Of a stretch of 64,000 nt of DNA, positions 13,370 through 23,620 are shown in pieces. A program made the position numbers and the translations under genes. Origin of the DNA: Elsinoe ampelina (lineage: Eukaryota); the NCBI GenBank assembly GCA_010093995.1, contig ML992512.1:575319-639318 (forward strand), in the 5' to 3' direction. The notes beneath the pieces are model-generated. The model had not been told where the DNA came from. It saw only the letters and a list, made by a program, of their open reading frames with translations, and ran no database searches. The stretch's first letter is position 1, and each line of letters starts with the position of its first letter.

Positions 13370-14517
13370 TTATGTCCTTCGCTTCTTTCTCGATCGTCTT
13401 TCCCCATCCGAGTCATCATCGTCTTTGCTACCGCCCACCAATTTCCGCATATCGATCATGCCGTCTTCTTGAGGATCCTCGATATCCTCCACGTCATCCT
13501 CCTCATCGTCGTCCTCAAAGTCATCGTCCGAAAGTTCCGCATTCTCCTGCGCTTGAGCTAAGGCATGGTCAGACGGACCCCTAAGGATTCATGGAGTCGG
13601 CCCGATGCCACTTACTAAAATAACGAATGGCTCCTGGCCAGAGGTCTTCCGCGATTACCGTTGCGAGACTATCTCCATCCTCATGTGCTTCAACCTGACT
13701 TTCTAGCTGATCATCCTCCGGCAGCTCGACCTTGGGGTTTTCTGTGCCGCTTTTGACACGCTCTCGTGTAGCCAGTTCGGCTTTCACCGCTTCTGCAGCC
13801 TCCTCCGCGCTCACCCACCTTCGGGAAGAAACATATGCAAACCATGTGAAGAACGATGTGTTGTCACCGTTCCAGTTCTCTGTGATTTTAGCCATGTGAT
13901 CGAACTCTGCAAGGTCACGCTTGCGCATGTCACCCGCACGTTGTCGGGCCTCCCACAGCTTGATAGCCCCATCCATCAATCCCTTGGTGGGATCCTTGCC
14001 TTTCTTCCAATGCACGCGAACAGGTTCGGAGACCAGACCCGCCCATCCGTCACTGGCCCGACGCCACCAGAACTTCTTTTCCAGCATAGTGTCGTCGAAC
14101 CATTCATTGGGCGAGAACTCGAACTTGATGCTGATACTGCGAGGGTCTCCAGAAGCGCTGCCTTTCGCCTCACTCGACCCACTGTCAAGCTCGAATCGAT
14201 CTACCTCGACGTTGATAAGAGCTTCTGCGAAAATCTCCGAGTCAGAGGGTTGGATGTATCGATCAATTTCTGGCGGCGCTGCTTCAAATACATGTGACCA
14301 GAATTTGAAGATCTTCGAGATCACTGCCTTGCGCTTCATGTAGGCATCCTTGCTCAGGTGATATTGCTTGCGGACTAATCATGATAAGCCTATGTATGAT
14401 CTTGAGCCCAAACAATGACATACTGATTTCCACATCCAAGTCGTCAAACTCTCGTTCGATCTCGGCAAGCTCTTCGTACGTGGCAAGGTCTGCTTCTTCC
14501 GGGTTCGCAGGAGTCAT
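13370..14517 (-). CDS. NAP/SET-family histone chaperone (Vps75-like), 3 exons
   Basis: Motifs FWSHVF, DPRSISIKFEFSPNEWF, LEKKFWW, VHWKKGKDPT, SFFTWF, IAEDLWPGAIRYF. Acidic tail ending RRSRKKRRT* after an intron. Confidence 0.88.
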
Positions 14518-14968
14518 GACTATACGCAATCGCTTGGCCAATCAGTTGGAATCGATGTGTCTGATGTGATTGAACGGCTTGACCTGTTTGTCCTGCCAAA
14601 AATCATGTGTTGTGCCCAAATGGAATGGATCAGAAAATTGACTGGATGAAGATGAAGCGGAGAACGCGGGAGCATGACTTCACCTCCTTGCGCGCACCTT
14701 TATCAAGACTCGCTACCGCGGACTCAATTTTACCGTTCTTCCCGTTCATGTCATAGGGAAACCAGAAGTTGTATAGCCAGTGCCGCGTCACTATGGCAAG
14801 ATGAAGCTTAAGACCGGCTCACGTACTGAATCATGAGCTTCTGCTTGTCATGATTCACACGATGATTCACCTTGACTGGCACATGAGCCAATATTCACGA
14901 AGACACCTGCAGACTCTCATGACACTGTACTCAGCATCATCAATACTACCCTACAAGCTCGCCTGACA

Positions 14969-16174
14969 ATGGGCGGCAACGCCTTCAACTCAGCTGGGTC
15001 CAATGGACAGTCTTCGATAGCTATCTCACGCCTTTCTCCAGCAGAATACAGGCAGCTGAAAGCACACGTCCGCGACGTCTTGCATCAATTCTTCCAGCAG
15101 GTCCAATCACCAGCTGAAGCCCCGGAGAAAGCTGATTATGGTGACCTTGATTTCCTGGTACAGACTCCGCTACCATCGTACCGCCCGGACGCTCTGGAAT
15201 CATCACTATCAGCTAAAGCAGCACGCACCTCTGGTCCAGTGACCAACTTCGCTGTCCCTCTCCAGGCCGAAGACAGCACGCATCTCCTCGCCCAAGTCGA
15301 CGTTCACATCTGCCACGACGGGAACATCGACTGGCTCACTTTCCACCACGCATACGGCGACATATGGCAAATCCTAGGCACCATCATCCGACGCTACGGC
15401 CTCACAGCCAACGACAAAGGTCTCTTCGTCCGCATCCAAGAAGGCGAAGACCGCGACTGGCAGAAATCCATGATCTTCCTCACCCAAGATCCCCAAGCCG
15501 TACTAGCCTTCCTCGGCCTGAACTGGACCACCTACGACGCCGGCTTCACCACCCTGGCCGCCACCTTCCACTGGCTCGCACAATGCCGCCTCCTCGACCC
15601 CTCCGCCTTCAAAGAAGCCGCCACCGAGCACCGCCAACGCAACATCAGAACCAGGCCCATGTTCCGGCGCTTCATCGAGGACTTCATCCCCACCCTCCCA
15701 GAGCCAGAACCATCCTCCCTCCCCAGCCGGAACGACATCCTGCACCAAGCCCTCGACACCTTCAACAAGCAGGACGAATACGACCGGAAACTCACCGCCA
15801 TCCTCGCGGAAAACAGGGAAATCAAAGCCACCTCCCTCCTCGTCGAGACGCTCAAGCCTCAAGGGGAGGAAATGTCCAAGAACCTGAGCAAGAATATCAA
15901 CCTCGTCGTAAGGGCCGTGAAGCGCTGGGCGTACTTGTCGGAGGAGGACAAGGGGTTGCGGTTGCGTGCGGGACCGGAGATGGATGTGGCTAGGCAGATG
16001 AAACTGCGTGATTTGCTTGATGGGGAGGGGGGCATGGATGGGCGGGACAGGGCGTGGGTGAAGGAGCGGTTCGAGGAGTTGAAGGGTTTGGAGAAGCAGA
16101 GGGTGAAGGAGGCGAAGGAAGCGAGGAAGGGGGCAGGGGAGGGGAAGGCGGAGGAGGAGGATGAGGAGGAGTAG
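14969..16174 (+). CDS. Uncharacterised Pol beta/Pol X-superfamily nucleotidyltransferase-like protein (401 aa, intronless)
   Basis: MGGNAF start; KADYGDLDFLV (G-D-x-D); third Asp in QVDVHI; YGD..ILG...RYGLTANDKGLF resembles the Pol X helix M/N-thumb region. Confidence 0.75.
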   Translation: MGGNAFNSAGSNGQSSIAISRLSPAEYRQLKAHVRDVLHQFFQQVQSPAEAPEKADYGDLDFLVQTPLPSYRPDALESSLSAKAARTSGPVTNFAVPLQAEDSTHLLAQVDVHICHDGNIDWLTFHHAYGDIWQILGTIIRRYGLTANDKGLFVRIQEGEDRDWQKSMIFLTQDPQAVLAFLGLNWTTYDAGFTTLAATFHWLAQCRLLDPSAFKEAATEHRQRNIRTRPMFRRFIEDFIPTLPEPEPSSLPSRNDILHQALDTFNKQDEYDRKLTAILAENREIKATSLLVETLKPQGEEMSKNLSKNINLVVRAVKRWAYLSEEDKGLRLRAGPEMDVARQMKLRDLLDGEGGMDGRDRAWVKERFEELKGLEKQRVKEAKEARKGAGEGKAEEEDEEE

Positions 16175-16346
16175 ATGCGGATCGGACCGGAGTCGTTCTG
16201 AAGTGGCAGAGGCGGTCAATACCTCGCTCAGTAACCGGGTGAAATTGGACAGTCATAACATTCGTGTTATATATACACATACCGGAGAGGATATCCTGAT
16301 GCTGCCCTTATCGAACGCCGCATAATAATAGTGAACATGTGCTCGC

Positions 16347-17738
16347 TCAACCCCAGAACCACCCATTCTTCTTCGGCGCGTCGGGCTTCACCTCCTTCGA
16401 GCCCTCTTCAGTCTTGCCGTCGTGTCCCTTCCACGACTCTTCGACACCGCCGGGGTGCGTGGTCGAAACGCTCTCGACCAGCTGCTCGCTGCCGTCGGCG
16501 AAACGCTTCTTCAAGACGACTTTTGTGGTGACGGTGCCATCAGGCAGAGTTGTCTTCTCTGTTGTCGAGAGGGTGGATAGAATCTTGGACTTGCTGACGC
16601 TCTCTTTCTCGGTCTGCTGGGGGGGCGTAGGTTCTCTTCGTGGTATCTGTGGGGCAGGATTGGCAGGTCGTGGAGCAGGGGTATCCGTCCTGCCATTCGC
16701 CTTCCCGAGGAAGTGCTCGTAGGCATCCAACTCTGTCTGAGGCGCAGCAGAGATCTTCTTGTTCGCTTTACATTCGACTGCCCTGAGCTGCTCCTCCCTC
16801 TCATCGCCATCGAACCAGCCTACTTCTCTTACTAGGTTCCAGAAGTCCTTCCTTGCCGGGGCGTATCCCACCTCTTCCTCCCCCTTGACCAGTCCCTTCC
16901 ACACACGATCCATGACACCGCGATCCGGCAGCCTGTACAGTCCTGGCAGAAGTGGAGGTACAACACCCCTGCACATGAGACCGAGCATCCAGTCTCTCCC
17001 AGTCTGTGCCCAAGCGCCATACAGCTGTTGATCTTCCCTCTCTCCTATCCAAGCTTCCCTTGCCCTTTGCTCCTGGCCCATGCTGGCACACATCAGATCC
17101 TCAAATGCAGCCCGCCACATGCTCCCATGCTGGTGCAGATGCGGATCTGTCTCACATTGTAATGGGCTGTACCTGCTCTTCAAGAACCACTCTGGTGACA
17201 GCCACACCGGTCCGTTTGCTTCTTCGTCGAAGTAATCGAATGGGTAAGGCGGTGCAGTCGCGGGGTCGCGGAAGAGCTCGAGGATCTTCCCTGGTGCCAC
17301 TCCGGCTGCAGCTAGTGCATTGCGAGACTGCACGAGTAAGGCGCGAGTATGGGCTATCGCTTCAGGGGAAGCAGGCGTAGGCGGAGACAAGGGAGGCTCA
17401 AAGTGCTGCGACATGAAGGCTAGGGGCTGGGAGGCGCGGTCAGTGAAGGAATCGGAGGACCAGCGCGAGGAGGGAGAGCTGGAACCGCGCTCCTCGAGTG
17501 AGGAGAGCAAGGCGGGGACAGCGGAGAGGCCGTAGGCGAGATGACGGAACTGGTCGTCTGCGAAGCGGCGGAAGGCGATGAAAGGGTTGGACTCGAGTTC
17601 TTCGTCCGAGTCGTCGGTTGACCGATAGGAGGCAGGAGGCGTGTATGCTTTCACGGGGATGGACGAGGCGCCGTGTGTGGAGGATTGGTCTTTCGGAGGC
17701 TGCGGGGTAGATGGGGTCGAGTCGAAGGGCCAGACCAT
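16347..17738 (-). CDS. Conserved fungal hypothetical protein
   Basis: Long ORF; probable start MVWPF at 17738. Protein-like blocks NPFIAFRRFAD, SRYSPL, WRAAFEDL, TELDAYE, ILSTLSTTEKTTLPDGTVTTKVVLKKRFADG and C-terminal GWFWG, which I recall from a Pezizomycotina family of unknown function. Confidence 0.8.
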   Translation of the reverse strand: MVWPFDSTPSTPQPPKDQSSTHGASSIPVKAYTPPASYRSTDDSDEELESNPFIAFRRFADDQFRHLAYGLSAVPALLSSLEERGSSSPSSRWSSDSFTDRASQPLAFMSQHFEPPLSPPTPASPEAIAHTRALLVQSRNALAAAGVAPGKILELFRDPATAPPYPFDYFDEEANGPVWLSPEWFLKSRYSPLQCETDPHLHQHGSMWRAAFEDLMCASMGQEQRAREAWIGEREDQQLYGAWAQTGRDWMLGLMCRGVVPPLLPGLYRLPDRGVMDRVWKGLVKGEEEVGYAPARKDFWNLVREVGWFDGDEREEQLRAVECKANKKISAAPQTELDAYEHFLGKANGRTDTPAPRPANPAPQIPRREPTPPQQTEKESVSKSKILSTLSTTEKTTLPDGTVTTKVVLKKRFADGSEQLVESVSTTHPGGVEESWKGHDGKTEEGSKEVKPDAPKKNGWFWG

Positions 17739-18901
17739 ATTGTCGCTGCGGCTTTTCTTCAGATTTGGTAGGGGCCTTTTATGGGCACAACGTGGTGCTC
17801 GAATAGATAGATACAACGCGTGAAGGGTAGCTGTTGTGATGGAGGCGAAAGATGACTGATGTCTGGAGACCCTCGAGAGTCGACGAGATAGAAGGTCAAG
17901 GGCGGGGATCGGAGTCGTCGGCGCTAAGATCTCGAAGCTATGGCCACTCGCCGCGTTTCATGCTTGTGATTGGACAGCTGCCGATAAGCACGATTCATCT
18001 AAAACTCTCTGCCTCGCAATCGACAGGACAAGGTCATCCAGAAAAAACATCTTCGCCACTGCTACAACCCGACCAGGGGAGGCCATAAGGATCAACGTCG
18101 CGCCATGATTGGTAGGTCGTGTTTGGATGCTAATAGATGTTAAGGGATACAGGCTTTTCACACTCATGGACGGTCTGTTAGACCTACCTCACCTTTCATG
18201 TTTCTCGTGAAAACTTACCAGAGCCAGCACCATGGAGGCATTGCTAGCAACGAGGAGCCTCGGACAACCCAACAGCTCTTTCCATCATGCAAAAGTCTGC
18301 AGAGATGTGCACTCGGCAATAGCTAGCCGCATGAGGTGAGTTCCATTGTTGCGTTGAGAAGGGCTTGGTCCTGGTCCAATTTCGGCTACCCAAAGATTCT
18401 CTCCTTGATGTGGAGAAGTTTTTGGTCAGCTCACTTGTCCGCTGTCAACTTGAAACCCAACCCTGGTCACTGGGAACACAACGTCGCTAATGCATGCAAT
18501 TTTTGGATTCCAATTACATATTCTGCCCTTAGGCCAGACGTCTCCATGCGGCGTCCCCATCATTTGGCGGGTGGCAAGCGCCCAGATCGAGCGGGGTTTA
18601 ATGACCCTCACCATGCCTTAATATCTTCTCTACGTTTCAGTTGCCGCAGGGCAACTTGCAAGCAGTGGCACGCACAGTTCGAGTGAGTATAAGGACACAG
18701 CCAAGTCGCTCGCCATGGCGAACGCCTTAGCTTTTGCTTGTCTTTGCTTGTCTACTGCTTAAGCCCCGGCATCCAGGTGAAGCCATTACGTTCCTTACAG
18801 ACATACGTTCATTACCACACGCTCCTTAGCAGACTCTTCGTCTCTTTCATTCCAGCCAGTTTCCATTGCAAGCCAATAGACCGGACTCGACACCAGTAGC
18901 C

Positions 18902-19576
18902 ATGCATTTCGTCTCAACCCTCATCGCGGCTTTCGCTGCCACCACCGCCCTCGCCGCCCCTCTCGGCCCTATCCTCCCACCTTCAAACCCTTCGGCCAAC
19001 GCCTCTCCCCAGTACTGCCGCACTTGGCAAGCCTGCCTGACCGCCATCAACGCCGCTCGTTCTTCCCAAGAAGGCCTCCCCGCCATCGCCCTCCCCAGCA
19101 ACTGGTGGGACCTCACCTACGCCCAACGCGTCTGGGCCTTCATCAACCTCGAGCGCGTCTCTCGCAACCTCCAACCCTTAGCCACCATGATCAACACCTA
19201 CGACAGCCAAGTCCAGACCGCCGTGACCAACGACGCCGACCCCATCGCCCCTTACGGCGTGGGCAGCTGGGGCTCCATCTGGGCTGGCGGAGAGGGCATG
19301 TTCCCTCTCTCCGCAATCTATTTGTGGATGTATGTCGACGGACCCGGGGGCAACAACCTCGACTGCACCGCATCCAAAACGGATGGCTGCTGGGGTCACC
19401 GTGATATCATCCTTGGGGCGGACTTCAATGCTATTGATAGCTGTGCTGGCAAGGATAGTAGCGGGGCGGATAGTTTTGCTGCGTTGCTGCTTAGCCCCAC
19501 GACGGCTCCGGCTGCTGCGAATACGGTCATGACTTGGGATGCGCAGAAGGCGTTCAGTGCTCAGGGGACGTACTAG
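18902..19576 (+). CDS. Secreted CAP/SCP-like protein (224 aa, intronless)
   Basis: Signal peptide MHFVSTLIAAFAATTALA; CAP-like INLERVSRNLQPL, AIYLWM and GHRDIIL motifs; Cys pairs. Confidence 0.8.
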   Translation: MHFVSTLIAAFAATTALAAPLGPILPPSNPSANASPQYCRTWQACLTAINAARSSQEGLPAIALPSNWWDLTYAQRVWAFINLERVSRNLQPLATMINTYDSQVQTAVTNDADPIAPYGVGSWGSIWAGGEGMFPLSAIYLWMYVDGPGGNNLDCTASKTDGCWGHRDIILGADFNAIDSCAGKDSSGADSFAALLLSPTTAPAAANTVMTWDAQKAFSAQGTY

Positions 19577-19936
19577 GTTTGGATGGGAAGTAGAGGGTGA
19601 GGATGCAGAGGAGATTGAGTGCCAGGTGCCTCTTACATGCTTGTATATACTTGTCGACAGTCACCTCGATATCTTCCCTTCTTGAGATCACATTACGGAA
19701 ATAGAAGTCCGCTTTTAAAGGCAAATTGCTTTGGTATCACAGGTTCTGGCTCCAAATGAAGCACGATGATAAGTGACACCAGTAGGTAGTTCCGATGCGA
19801 GTAATGAGGCGCTGGTGTAAGCATACACAGCCTTTCGGAACCTCTGACAGTCGATCGCAGATCTGTAGAACACAAGTCGAGCAGCGTCTCAAGCTCGATC
19901 TTGGTTGCGCACTCCGCGGAGCTCAGCGGTCAATCT

Positions 19937-20968
19937 TTAGGTCAGCCCTTTCAATTGACCTACTATCCACTCTTTCGCCCTCACAGCCTCGGGTATACCA
20001 TAAAAGCCAGCGGGAGGCAATGTATTTGCTTCTCCCAATGCAACCTAGCACCCGCAACACCTTGTTCCCGAGCCGCATCACGAAACTCCAACGCACTTGG
20101 TGGCAAGATATCCCAGCCGCCCGTCACGCCAATGATCTTCGCTCCCGTCCTCGCCAAGGGTGTCGCATCAGCCATGATGGCAGATATCGAAGGCTGACCG
20201 GGATCCTCCGCTTGGGCCCATGTCCTTGCTCCGCTGTCATGTAACGAGATAGTCAAGACGGGATCTTTGCGCGCAACATCAACGATCGGGCCTTCCTTCC
20301 TCGTTGGTCCTAAGTCGACGGCAGGAGAAACGAGGAGAATGGCGTGTGGCTTAAGCAAATTGGGCCCGTCGATCACGCCCTTCCCGGCCTGGTGCAACGC
20401 CAGACATAGCGCCAAGTTTCAACCCGAGCTATCACCTGCAACTACAGTACCACCCGCTCGTCGGTACTCTCTGCCGCCTGCAAAATGCCATCGAAAAAGC
20501 GGGCCAGCACGGGAATCGTGTCAGCAGCCGGGGAGTTCGGAGCGAGTGGAGCGCCGAGCATCACGCTAAGTCCAGGTACTGTACCTGCCGTGCCAGCTCG
20601 GCACAGAACTTCCAGTGCTGTGAGGACGGGGGGTTTTGCCAGCCGCCGCCGGAGAAATAGTACATGCGCAGCCGCTTGGGCCCTGTCGCTCCCGCATGTG
20701 TTCCAGCTTTGGACAGGGTCAGGTCGTAGACGTACATGTCTCCGTCTTGCCGTTCTGTCACTTTGAGGGAGCGTGTAGCACTTTTGTGAGGTGTGAGCTT
20801 TTGCCATCCTGCGGGGAATGTCTTCTTGGGAGACACAAGGTGAGGTCGGAAAGGTCGCAGGATTGTTTGCAGTACCAGTGAGAAGGTGGACTGTGTATCT
20901 CGATGGTCGATTTCCACGCTGGATTCGTCGTTGCTAAGGGTGCTTCCTAGGAGAGATAAGAGCTTCAA
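19937..20968 (-). pseudogene. Alpha/beta hydrolase (HSL-like, Abhydrolase_3) pseudogene
   Basis: YYFSGGGW, PLAPNSP, VAGDSSG*NLA, SPAVDL, GGWDIL and QIHCLPL are spread over several frames. Lesions are +5 bp at 20577-20583, +5 bp at 20443-20449, a TGA at 20419-20421 and a frameshift near 20000. Confidence 0.9.
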
Positions 20969-21598
20969 GCGCGAACACTGTTTTTTGAATTCTTGTACGG
21001 GGTGTCCTTCAAATGTCGGGATACGCTTTGTGACTCCAACCCTGCAGACTGTGGACGATGGACAAGTGTAGCGACGAAAGCAGAAGCCCCTGCTACTTAC
21101 CGCAAATATCTATACTCAAGGCACATAGACACTGCTGTGAAACCGGAGCAGCACGGGATATGCAGTGGACTGCCAGGATCGTGCAGGCAAAGGCCAAAAT
21201 TGTTAAAGGTAGCCAGCACAAAGAGATGTGGAAGACGGAAGTGGCGTGACGTCATCAGCGGGCAGCAAATGGATGGCGGGCAGTCGAATTCAGATCAACT
21301 CGTGCTATTTCGTGCCTTTCCCACCAGTCATTGATTGAGATCTGGCCAGATCGGATTCGAGTGTAACCATCAACGACCTCACTAATTTCCAAAACGACAG
21401 AATCATCGTCTCAACGCAGAACGTCTGCTCTGTGCGTCTTGACCTGCGACAGACATACCAAATCTCAAAGCTCCACTTTTCCGGGCTCGTTTCATGATCA
21501 CATGTCAACAGGGATCTGGCTTGAGCACGCACTCACACTAGACTCTTCCAACCTCAACACAACTTGGCAACCTCACTTCTTCACCCACACAATCAATC

Positions 21599-22447
21599 AT
21601 GTCGCCAACTACAGCTCCCGACGCATCACCTACAGGCGGCGACAGGAAGCCAAAAGGTGAATCAAGACAGCATGTCTCATGTCGCGCTTGCTCACATTCA
21701 TGCCAGGTATTCTCAAGAACTCTGCTCAGCATGTATCGCCTGAATTGCGCACGTCACCAACAACAGAAGAGACGCCGGTAGCCAGGCCAGACCTCAACCG
21801 CGAGTTGTCAGAGAAGGAAATAGTGCAGATGAACACCAACATTAACGCGGGCGGGCACAGGAGGGGTTCGTCCAACCCACGTGGATCTGTCTCACGCAGA
21901 CAGTCCGGCACGGAAGGACCAGAGGCTGGATCTCCGAGACTGAGATGGGACGAGGCAAACCTCTACCTCAACGAAGGACAGATGGGAGGGAAGATGAAGA
22001 TTGACGAACCAAAGACACCATATGCCGGTCAATACGACCCGGAGGAGGACGACGAAGATATGCCCGCCATTGACCCCTCGGACATTGCAGTCGACGAGCT
22101 GGAGACACACAAGAGGAAGAAGCAGACAAAGACGGACGAGATTCCTGGACTTGACCTTGGTGAGCCTGAAATGGAAGGCCTTGAGCGCCCACCCTCGGAG
22201 GGAGAGAGACGAGTCATCTTGGACCCTGACCATATGGATGTTGACGGTGCTAGGCATGGCGAGGTGCCTGATAGTGTGCCTACCGAAGAAAAAGAGAAGC
22301 ACCGCAAATTCGAAGAAATGCGCAAGAAGCACTACGAGATGAAAAACGTCAAGAATTTACTTGGGTAAGAAGCATTCTTGATTGCTGAGATGCTATGTAC
22401 TGACTAGTTACAGGCATTCCGAAGATGGCAACGAAGATGAGCAGTAG
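21599..22447 (+). CDS. GLC8: Protein phosphatase 1 inhibitor-2 (Glc8/IPP-2), 3 exons
   Basis: KPK/GILKN formed across intron 1; [30 protein letters not shown]. Confidence 0.92.
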
Positions 22448-22693
22448 GGATCTGGTGCCGAACCTTTAATGACTTTATCACGGCCGTGGCTTTATTCCCC
22501 ACCCGGAACCATCATGTGACGGCGTTCACAATCAGAGAGTCGGGCTCATCCAAGACTGGTGAATTGTAGCATCGAGCTCGAAAACCCGGAAGAATACCCA
22601 GAAGTGCTGCATAGAAGAGCACAATCATTACCACGGTGAAGAGTCGAATAAAACTACTTTACTCAGACCGCTTCCGAACACTCTACTAAACTA

Positions 22694-23202
22694 CTAAGCA
22701 GGATTGGCTTTCAAACCAATCTGCACTCTGAGCCTCTCTCGTTTCTCCTCCTCCTTGCCTGTCCTGTCTGCATCGAGCGTGCTAAGTATGGCATCAATGA
22801 CAGTCACTGCCATGATAAGTCCGCATGTCAAAGATCACAAGCACTACTCACCACTAAGCTTGCCGATATCCTGAGGAGTAGCGGGAAACTTGTCGATCGC
22901 CTTGCCCGTCTTGAGGCTCAGCAGAGGGTGGAGCTTCTCATCAGCCGATACCAATTGACTGTTCGCCACGCGGGCAACATTGTTCGCGTTGCTGCAGGAC
23001 TTAGCTTCTCCTTCTTTGCAAATTCCCTACCGGAACGAGTGCTCGTCGGTGCTTACACTGTCTTGGTCTTGATCTCGAGCTTCTTCAGAGCTTCCGCGGG
23101 ATCTTCCTTCGCGGCAGCAGAAGAGCCGGCCACTGATGGTGCCTTGGAGGGTGCCTTGGAAGGTGCTTTTGCAGGGGTTGAGATCTTTGCGGGAGTGGTC
23201 AT
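22694..23202 (-). CDS. Small hypothetical protein, possibly with a Mug135-like C-terminal domain, 3 exons
   Basis: Not in the ORF track. Spliced reading: MTTPAKISTPAKAPSKAPSKAPS...KTKT / ...NNVARVANSQL...LHPLLSLKTGKAIDKFPATPQDIGKLS / ..IDAILSTLD...EKRERLRVQIGLKANPA*. Donors GTAAGC and GTGAGT. Confidence 0.72.
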
Positions 23203-23620
23203 GGTGGATGTATGGTTTTGTATGCTGTGTAGATATGGGAAGGGACAGGGAAGGAAGAAAAGGCATGAAGCCGGAATTGATACTGTCTTTTTTACTTAAA
23301 TGCTTCCTCACATCACCATTGACAGGGATTACAGCTTCCAACTTGCCAGACAGGTCTGACGTCGACTCACTCCTCTGAACCAGGAACAGGAATGGAGGAC
23401 GGCAGACGACCTGGAGAGATTGATTGGATTATGAGGTAATTAGCCACACATGTGGCTGATTCCGCCCAGCCAACGACGAATTTGAAACAATCATAATCTA
23501 CAGCAAAGAGGTTGGAGATGATATCTAAATGCTACATCCTATCTACCAGGTATAGCTCTACTTTTCTGAGGACTTTCGTTCGCTCTGTGCGACTGCTGGT
23601 AGTTCTATTCGGGCTCAAAA

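Noticed and set aside
14828..14856. GAATCATGA...TCATGATTC inverted repeat and several TCATGA palindromes in the divergent promoter
   Set aside because: Too short to distinguish from chance; no factor can be assigned.
15364..16219. Overlapping 200+ aa alternative-frame and antisense ORFs in skewed genes (also 55246-56499)
   Set aside because: By-products of extreme third-position C or G bias, which removes stop codons.
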